Source: an uncultured Candidatus Saccharibacteria bacterium (GTDB taxonomy: Bacteria > Patescibacteriota > Minisyncoccia > Phycocordibacterales > UBA5272). Taken from it: DNA of 64,000 nucleotides. The notes under the pieces are model-generated. The model did no database searches, had not been told where the DNA came from, and saw nothing but the letters and a program-made list of their open reading frames with translations. Position 1 is the first letter of the stretch; every line of letters begins with the position of its first letter. The translations under genes and the position numbers were made by a program. The stretch lies in contig CAZJJX010000003.1 of the NCBI GenBank assembly GCA_964546555.1, positions 13,139 through 77,138 on the forward strand, read 5' to 3'. This document shows, piece after piece, positions 58,280 through 64,000 of this stretch.

Positions 58280-59608
58280 ATGTACACAATTACTACAGGC
58301 GGATCTTCTGATTCACGTTCACGTTCACCAAGTCCTCGAGGACGCTCTTACTCATCTCCACGCCGTGAAGGTGGTTATTCTTCACGTGACAGTGGAGCGC
58401 GCGGTGGGTATTCATCACGAGGTCCATCTCGTGGCGGATATTCACGTGGCGGTTCATCACCGCGACCATTTAATGCAAAGCGTAGTTTTAAGAAAGACTA
58501 TATCGATGAAAAGCTTTTTATCAACAAAGAAGCAGGGGTTACAGAAACAGATAACTATGTACCAAAGCATAAGTTCACAGATTTTAATATCGCAGAACAA
58601 CTTTCTGCTAATTTAACAGCAAAGGGGCTGATTAATCCATCACCGATCCAGGATCAGTCTATACCTGTTGTTCTTACAGGAAAGGATGTTATTGGTATTG
58701 CTTCAACTGGAACAGGTAAGACTGCTGCATTTCTTATTCCGCTTATTAACAAGCTTGTTGCTGATAAGGAGCATAAGATGATGGTGCTTTGCCCTACTCG
58801 CGAGCTTGCTCAGCAGGTAGAAGCAGAGTTCATTGCATTTACTCGTGGAATGAAACTATTCTCAGTATCATGCGTAGGGGGGTCTCCTATTATGCGACAG
58901 ATTAAGGAGCTTGAGCTTGGTGTTCATGCAGTTATTGGTACTCCAGGACGAGTTATGGATCTCATCGAACGAGGGAAGATCAAGATGGATTACTTCGATA
59001 GTATTGTACTAGATGAAGCAGATCGTATGCTTGATATGGGATTCATTGATGACATGCGCTCAATCCTTGGTGCTATGCCAAAGACAAAGCAAGGACTTTT
59101 CTTTTCAGCGACTTTTTCTCCAGAGATTAAGAAGCTCTGTAATGACTTTTTGAAAGACCCTGTTACTGTCTCTGTTAAGACACGTGATACCGCGTCATCT
59201 GTTATGCAAGATGTTATTCGTGTAAGTGGTGATGCTGAAAAAGTGGAAGCGCTTCATGATATTCTTACAAAGCCTGAGTATTCTAAAGTTCTTATTTTCC
59301 GCGAAATGAAGCGTCACGTCGACGGTCTAGCTACCGAGCTTACAAATCGTGGCTTCAAAGCGCTTGGTCTTCATGGTGATATGCATAACCGTGAACGAGA
59401 ACGAGCAGTACGAGCACTCGAAAGCGGAAAAGTTCAGGTTGTGATTGCAACGGATGTTGCCGCACGCGGACTTGATATCAATGATATCTCTCTTGTTATT
59501 AACTATGATATTCCAAATAACTACGAGACATACATTCATCGTATCGGACGAACAGGACGTGGTACTAAATTAGGACATGCGCTTACATTTGTCCCAAAGC
59601 GTGGATAA
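58280..59608 (+). CDS. DEAD-box ATP-dependent RNA helicase with N-terminal Arg/Ser/Gly-rich tail
   Basis: Q-motif region, Walker A ASTGTGKT, DEAD box (VLDEADRM), SAT, and HRIGRTGRG. The first roughly 70 residues are RS/RGG-like low complexity. I chose the ATG at 58280. Confidence 0.9.
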   Translation: MYTITTGGSSDSRSRSPSPRGRSYSSPRREGGYSSRDSGARGGYSSRGPSRGGYSRGGSSPRPFNAKRSFKKDYIDEKLFINKEAGVTETDNYVPKHKFTDFNIAEQLSANLTAKGLINPSPIQDQSIPVVLTGKDVIGIASTGTGKTAAFLIPLINKLVADKEHKMMVLCPTRELAQQVEAEFIAFTRGMKLFSVSCVGGSPIMRQIKELELGVHAVIGTPGRVMDLIERGKIKMDYFDSIVLDEADRMLDMGFIDDMRSILGAMPKTKQGLFFSATFSPEIKKLCNDFLKDPVTVSVKTRDTASSVMQDVIRVSGDAEKVEALHDILTKPEYSKVLIFREMKRHVDGLATELTNRGFKALGLHGDMHNRERERAVRALESGKVQVVIATDVAARGLDINDISLVINYDIPNNYETYIHRIGRTGRGTKLGHALTFVPKRG

Positions 59609-59748
59609 GTTTGCGTAATTACATCATAGATCAATCTAAAAGCACTCGACAAGGTCGGGTGCTTTTAGTAAGATGAAAATACGTTATGTGAAGCTACTAA
59701 GCTACGCGATGTTCTTTCAAAAACTTTGTAACCAATGGAGTAATTACC

Positions 59749-60027
59749 ATGAAAGATGTTCTCATGTACACAACGACAATGTGTCCATATTGTGCACGTG
59801 CCAAAAGTTTGTTGCACACATATAATGTTGAGCCCACAATTATCGATGTCACCTCAAATGATGGGCTTCGTAATGAGATGGTTACTAGAAGTGGCAGGAG
59901 GTCTGTCCCGCAGATTTTTATCGGTGGTGATCACGTGGGCGGAGCTGACGAATTGCAACATCTCCATGCACAAGGGAATCTTGATAAAGTGCTTTCTGGT
60001 GAAATGACACTGCTTTCTGCACGCTAA
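59749..60027 (+). CDS. glutaredoxin (CPYC type)
   Basis: TTTMCPYCARAK active site, plus RRSVPQIFIGGDHVGGADEL. Confidence 0.85.
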   Translation: MKDVLMYTTTMCPYCARAKSLLHTYNVEPTIIDVTSNDGLRNEMVTRSGRRSVPQIFIGGDHVGGADELQHLHAQGNLDKVLSGEMTLLSAR

Positions 60028-60094
60028 ATTGAATATATAGTACGTTTTGTACTATAGCTAATCCACATCTGAAAATGGTGTGGATTTTCTTTAC

Positions 60095-60119
60095 AGTATA
60101 CCCCCCGGGGTAGTATACT
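60095..60119. promoter_or_regulatory. candidate CsoR/RcnR-family operator
   Basis: AGTATACCCCCCGGGGTAGTATACT contains the G/C-tract inverted repeat TACCCC-CC-GGGGTA flanked by GTATAC. It lies 7 nt upstream of the regulator start. Confidence 0.55.
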
Positions 60120-60125
60120 CTTTTC

Positions 60126-60383
60126 ATGCGGATAGAAGATGATAAAAAAATTAAATCGCTTGTTGTGAGGCTTGCTAAGGTGGAAGGACAAGTTAGAGGT
60201 GTTGCAAAAATGATAGAAGAAAAAGAAGACTGTACCAAGATTGCTGAACAGTTATCAGCGACACGCTCTGCCTTATCTTCTATGCTTGCTTCGTTTACAA
60301 TGTGTGCATTTGAAGAAGCTGAGCACCCTTACAATCACACAAACAATGCTTCTATCGCAAAGATTGTAAAAATTATTACCTAA
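60126..60383 (+). CDS. CsoR/RcnR/CstR-family (DUF156) metal- or thiol-sensing repressor
   Basis: 85 aa with LVVRLAKVEGQVRGVAKMIEE..DC..I..QLSA, typical of the family. The only Cys residues are at positions 36 and 60. Confidence 0.8.
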   Translation: MRIEDDKKIKSLVVRLAKVEGQVRGVAKMIEEKEDCTKIAEQLSATRSALSSMLASFTMCAFEEAEHPYNHTNNASIAKIVKIIT

Positions 60384-60401
60384 TATATTTATTTGTATTT
60401 T

Positions 60402-60938
60402 ATGAAACATCCACTTATTGATATGACTGTGCCAAATGTAACCTTTAAGACTCGTGTACGTGATGAGTCAATTGGAGGAGATAATCCATTTAAGTGGTAC
60501 GATCTTACTACAGAAGAATTGTTCAAGGGTAAGAAAGTTGCTTTCTTTTCACTTCCTGGTGCTTTTACACCAACATGTTCTTCTACGCATGCGCCTGGTT
60601 ACGATGCTAAGGCAGAAGAATTTAAGTCACTTGGTATAGATACCATCGTGTGCGCTTCGGTAAACGATGCATTTGTGATGTATCAGTGGGCAAAGCACCT
60701 CGGTCTTAAGAATATATTTATGCTTCCAGATGGAAGTGGTGAGTTTACTCGTAAAATGGGTATGCTTGTTATGAAAGACAATGTTGGTTTTGGAGCTCGA
60801 TCATGGCGTTACTCTATGGTTGTTGATGATGGGGTAATCAAGAAGATGTTTATTGAGCCTGGGTTTTCTGATAATTGTCCAACGGATCCATTTGAGGTAT
60901 CTGATGCAGATACGATGCTTGCGTATTTGAAGGGGTAA
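60402..60938 (+). CDS. Prx5-type (glutaredoxin-dependent type) peroxiredoxin
   Basis: [12 protein letters not shown] peroxidatic Cys motif, size about 178 aa. I chose the ATG at 60402. Confidence 0.8.
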   Translation: MKHPLIDMTVPNVTFKTRVRDESIGGDNPFKWYDLTTEELFKGKKVAFFSLPGAFTPTCSSTHAPGYDAKAEEFKSLGIDTIVCASVNDAFVMYQWAKHLGLKNIFMLPDGSGEFTRKMGMLVMKDNVGFGARSWRYSMVVDDGVIKKMFIEPGFSDNCPTDPFEVSDADTMLAYLKG

Positions 60939-60950
60939 AAGAAGATGGGA

Positions 60951-60982
60951 GAAAGGGCGGCCGCGAAGCGGTCGCCCTTTTA
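60951..60982 (+). terminator. rho-independent terminator
   Basis: GC-rich imperfect stem AAGGGCGGCCGC-GAA-GCGGTCGCCCTT followed by TTAATT. Confidence 0.55.
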
Positions 60983-61024
60983 ATTCCTTTTACTTTACAA
61001 TATACAGCAATGTCACTGTAGAAT

Positions 61025-61510
61025 ATGGTACACTCACAAGATATGAAAAAAGTTTTGTCATTATTTAAAAACATGCAAATGTTTAGTTTCCTTGTTGGTA
61101 TGTCATTTGGGGCAGCTCTTGGACTTGGTCTATTTTGCTACCTTGTGCCACACGGTCCAAAAGCAATCGCAATGCTTCAGCATTACACGATGCATATGAA
61201 AAAAGAAGATGCAAAAAATAGAGCTAATTTTCAAAAGCTATATTCTTCTTTTGTTTCAGAGAATCCAGCAAATATGCATCACGATGGACAAAATCTTATA
61301 AATCCTTACATGATGGAACCTGTTACGACGGAGAAGCAGTTTCTTAAGGATATGATTCTTCACCACGAGGCAGCAATTACAATGGCTAAGCAAGTGCTCG
61401 AATTACCTGACCTTCATACAGAAGTACAGAAAACAGCAAACGACATTATCGATGCTCAGTCAAAGGAGATATCTCAAATGCGTGCATGGATGACAAAGTG
61501 GAGCTATTAA
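61025..61510 (+). CDS. DUF305-domain protein
   Basis: TM/signal helix plus MILHHEAAITMA and a second helix pair (ANDIIDAQSKEISQM) typical of DUF305. Confidence 0.7.
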   Translation: MVHSQDMKKVLSLFKNMQMFSFLVGMSFGAALGLGLFCYLVPHGPKAIAMLQHYTMHMKKEDAKNRANFQKLYSSFVSENPANMHHDGQNLINPYMMEPVTTEKQFLKDMILHHEAAITMAKQVLELPDLHTEVQKTANDIIDAQSKEISQMRAWMTKWSY

Positions 61511-61541
61511 TAAATAATAAAATTATAATCAATTACAATCT

Positions 61542-62054
61542 ATGTTTACTTCAACTGTTACAATGTTTCGCAAAAATTTGATCAACCTACGTGCTATCTT
61601 AGAGAAGGCAAAAGCATGGCAGACGTCACTGTCTATACAAGATAGCGCCATCATAAACGCACGACTTGCGCTAGATCAATTCACGTTTGCGGCACAGGTA
61701 AGGTCTACAACCAACTTTGCAAAGAATGCTTCTGCTTCGCTCTGTGGAATTGATGCACCAATGTTTGAGGATAAGGAAGCAACACTTGATGATCTTATTG
61801 CTCGTATCGATGCTGTTGTTGCATTCCTAGATAGTCTCAACGAGTCAATGGTAAAAGATGATCTTGATACTCGTCTTGTTGCGCTTCCTTGGATGCCAGG
61901 GAAAGGTCTTACTGTAAGGTACTTTGTAGAGGAATACTCACTGATGAATTTTTATTTCCATTACACAACTGCATATGCAATTTTGCGTCACTATGGACTT
62001 CAGATAGGAAAAGGTGATTTTATCACAAACGTGCCACTAAAAGATCTTGCTTAA
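61542..62054 (+). CDS. DUF1993-domain protein
   Basis: 170 aa. The helical-bundle pattern (LALDQFTFAAQVRSTTNFAK ... FHYTTAYAILRHYG) is typical of DUF1993. Confidence 0.65.
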   Translation: MFTSTVTMFRKNLINLRAILEKAKAWQTSLSIQDSAIINARLALDQFTFAAQVRSTTNFAKNASASLCGIDAPMFEDKEATLDDLIARIDAVVAFLDSLNESMVKDDLDTRLVALPWMPGKGLTVRYFVEEYSLMNFYFHYTTAYAILRHYGLQIGKGDFITNVPLKDLA

Positions 62055-62066
62055 TATTCTATACAT

Positions 62067-62786
62067 ATGAAGCATGCGCTCTGCATCACAAATCTAAAAA
62101 AGACCTACGAAGGAGGTAAAGTTGCTCTTAAGGGGCTTTCACTTACGGTTAAAGAAGGGGATTTCTTCGGATTGCTTGGCCCAAATGGTGCTGGTAAGAG
62201 TACACTTATTGGTATTGCAAGTGGACTTGTTACAAAGACTGAAGGTGAAGTTATTGTTGGTGGTTACAACATAGAAAAAGATGGAGATAAAGCAAAATTA
62301 CGAGTTGGTCTCGTGCCGCAAGAGTTTAACTTCAATATGTTTGAGACTGTTGAGAGTATTTTGTATACCCAAGCTGGGTATTATGGAATTTCTCGAAAAG
62401 AAGTCGAACCTCGCATAACAATGCTTCTTGAGAAGCTTGGACTTATAGACAAGAGAAATGCGAAGTCGATGATATTATCAGGTGGAATGAAGAGACGTCT
62501 TATGATTGCTCGCGCCTTAGTGCACGAACCGACATTACTATTTCTTGATGAGCCAACCGCAGGTGTCGATGTGGAGCTTAGGCTTTCGATGTGGGATTTT
62601 TTGCGAGAACTAAATGACGGTGGTGTGACTATTATTCTTACAACACACTATCTCGAAGAAGCTGAAAAGCTTTGTAAGCATATTGCAATTGTAAGTCATG
62701 GTGAAATTAAAAAATACGGAACTAAAGAAGAAATCATGGCAGGCCGTCCATTAGAAGAAGTGTATTTGGAAGCAACAAAAATGTAA
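62067..62786 (+). CDS. ABC transporter ATP-binding protein
   Basis: Walker A GPNGAGKST, signature LSGGMKRR, and Walker B LLFLDEP. Confidence 0.9.
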   Translation: MKHALCITNLKKTYEGGKVALKGLSLTVKEGDFFGLLGPNGAGKSTLIGIASGLVTKTEGEVIVGGYNIEKDGDKAKLRVGLVPQEFNFNMFETVESILYTQAGYYGISRKEVEPRITMLLEKLGLIDKRNAKSMILSGGMKRRLMIARALVHEPTLLFLDEPTAGVDVELRLSMWDFLRELNDGGVTIILTTHYLEEAEKLCKHIAIVSHGEIKKYGTKEEIMAGRPLEEVYLEATKM

Positions 62787-62884
62787 GGTGATGGGCAAAA
62801 TAGTTTGTAGTTTATAGAAAAAACAATTAAAAACGTATGTATTTGCAAATATAAATAAAACTACGTAAACTTTTACTTATCTAG

Positions 62885-62913
62885 CTACAACCTACAACCT
62901 ACAACCTACTAAC
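62885..62913 (+). repeat. heptamer tandem repeat (CTACAAC x3 plus variant)
   Basis: CTACAACCTACAACCTACAACCTACTAAC lies immediately upstream of the permease start. Confidence 0.85.
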
Positions 62914-62923
62914 CACTACCCCT

Positions 62924-63697
62924 ATGAATCCTCGTCAACTCTACATCGCATATTACACAATCGTACGAAAGGAAGTCGTTAGATTTTTGCGTATTTGGCC
63001 ACAGACATTTCTTCCATCGGTTGTTACAACACTTCTCTACTTCCTTATCTTCGGAACTTTTATCGGCTCACAGATTAAGGATGTTGGCGGGGTGTCGTAT
63101 ATGGCATTTATTGTGCCTGGGCTTGTGATGATGGCAATACTAAATGGGTCATTCCAAAATATTGCATTCTCTTTTTTCCAGTTAAAGTTCATGAAAACCG
63201 TCGAAGAGATACTTGTATCTCCTATGCCTGCTTGGACTGTCGTGTGTGGGTATATTACAGGGTCGCTCTTACGTGGGCTCACTATCGGAGTTTTAGTATT
63301 TTTGTCTTCATTTTTGTTTGAGGCGATACCGGTCGCACACCCAATCTTTGCACTTCTTATCGCATCACTTACTTCTGTCATCTTTTCTTTAGCTGGACTT
63401 ATCAATGCGCTTTATGCAAAGGGGTTTGATGGTATCAATATCATTCCGACGTTTGTAATTACACCTCTTACGTACCTAGGAGGAGTGTTTTATTCAGTGT
63501 CTTTACTTCCGCCAATCTGGCAAACAATATCACTCTTTAATCCGGTGCTCTATATGGTTAATGCATTTCGCTTTAGTATCTTAGGATTTTCTGATATTGC
63601 AATAGGTACTTCAATTATAGTGCTTTTTGGATCAACATCAGTGTTATTTATTTGGGTGTTGTATCTTTTTAAGACAGGGCGCGGGTTGCGTGCGTAG
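62924..63697 (+). CDS. ABC-2 type transporter permease
   Basis: 257 aa with 6 TM helices, directly downstream of the ATPase. Confidence 0.8.
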   Translation: MNPRQLYIAYYTIVRKEVVRFLRIWPQTFLPSVVTTLLYFLIFGTFIGSQIKDVGGVSYMAFIVPGLVMMAILNGSFQNIAFSFFQLKFMKTVEEILVSPMPAWTVVCGYITGSLLRGLTIGVLVFLSSFLFEAIPVAHPIFALLIASLTSVIFSLAGLINALYAKGFDGINIIPTFVITPLTYLGGVFYSVSLLPPIWQTISLFNPVLYMVNAFRFSILGFSDIAIGTSIIVLFGSTSVLFIWVLYLFKTGRGLRA

Positions 63698-63741
63698 TTT
63701 GTTTATGGTTGAATGATCTGAGTTCATTAAAGGAGAACGCG

Positions 63742-64000
63742 ATGAGTTCAACACCAAATGTTACTGTTGCAAAAAGAACTTCACAAGGCCTCGGTATAGC
63801 TATTAAGAGACTTAAGGGTGGCGAAATTGTAGGAACGGAACATCCTAAAAATGGTTATTTCTATGTTGCTTGGGTAAAGACACCTCATAAGCTCACGCAA
63901 GAAGTTACAAACCTCTTTCGTACTAAAAGAACCGCAGAGTGTGTTGCGTCAATGCTTAATGCCATGACAAGACGTGAGGCAATTTTGCTTATTAGGAAGC
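63742..64000 (+). CDS. hypothetical protein (3-prime truncated by window end)
   Basis: ATG at 63742 is preceded by AAAGGAG. The frame stays open to the end of the window. Confidence 0.4.
   Translation, partial: MSSTPNVTVAKRTSQGLGIAIKRLKGGEIVGTEHPKNGYFYVAWVKTPHKLTQEVTNLFRTKRTAECVASMLNAMTRREAILLIRK

Noticed and set aside
58254-58616. 120-aa His/Val-rich ORF overlapping the helicase N-terminus in another frame
   Set aside because: It arises from the repetitive CGT/TCA/GGT-rich sequence encoding the RS/RGG tail. The helicase frame continues into unmistakable DEAD-box motifs.

Overview
AT-rich, gene-dense bacterial chromosomal segment with about 75 plausible CDS and 4 tRNAs. I saw no rRNA, CRISPR array, transposase or integrase. 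The gene content suggests a small-genome Patescibacteria/CPR-like bacterium, but this is inference only. That content is a secretin-less type IV pilus cluster next to comF, many secreted PG-binding/META-domain proteins, compact housekeeping genes (ligA, gatCA, murI, ung) and many orphans.

Recognisable blocks:
- 0.1-3.1 kb: small accessory genes, including SUKH/SMI1-KNR4 and DUF2314.
- 3.6-8.6 kb: a metal-homeostasis locus. A Fur-family regulator sits divergent from a CooC-like NTPase, a nicotianamine-synthase-like enzyme and two orphan proteins, with a YibE/F permease alongside.
- 12.47-13.8 kb: tRNA-Ser followed by a visibly GC-richer islet.
- 18.9-23.7 kb: cyoABCDE quinol oxidase operon.
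- 27.9-40.3 kb: comF plus pilMNO-like, pilB, pilT, pilC, pilin, pilD and four minor pilins.
- 40.3-44.0 kb: ligA and gatCA.
- 45.6-49.4 kb: a tRNA-rich accessory region.
- 59.7-62.1 kb: a redox cluster (grx, CsoR-family regulator, Prx5-type peroxiredoxin, DUF305, DUF1993).
- 62.1-63.7 kb: an ABC-2 exporter pair.

Two observations rank highest.
1. A family of modular, covarying, tRNA-T-arm-like structured repeats sits next to tRNA genes at 12.6, 46.0, 48.4-48.6 and 49.25 kb. These repeats partition the 45.9-49.3 kb region into cassette-like units. I cannot assign them to any RNA or mobile-element family I know.
2. The Fur-linked NAS-like/CooC-like operon is a candidate metallophore or metal-insertion system of non-canonical composition.

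All calls rest on reading the sequence and ORF translations by eye. No database search or folding computation was run.
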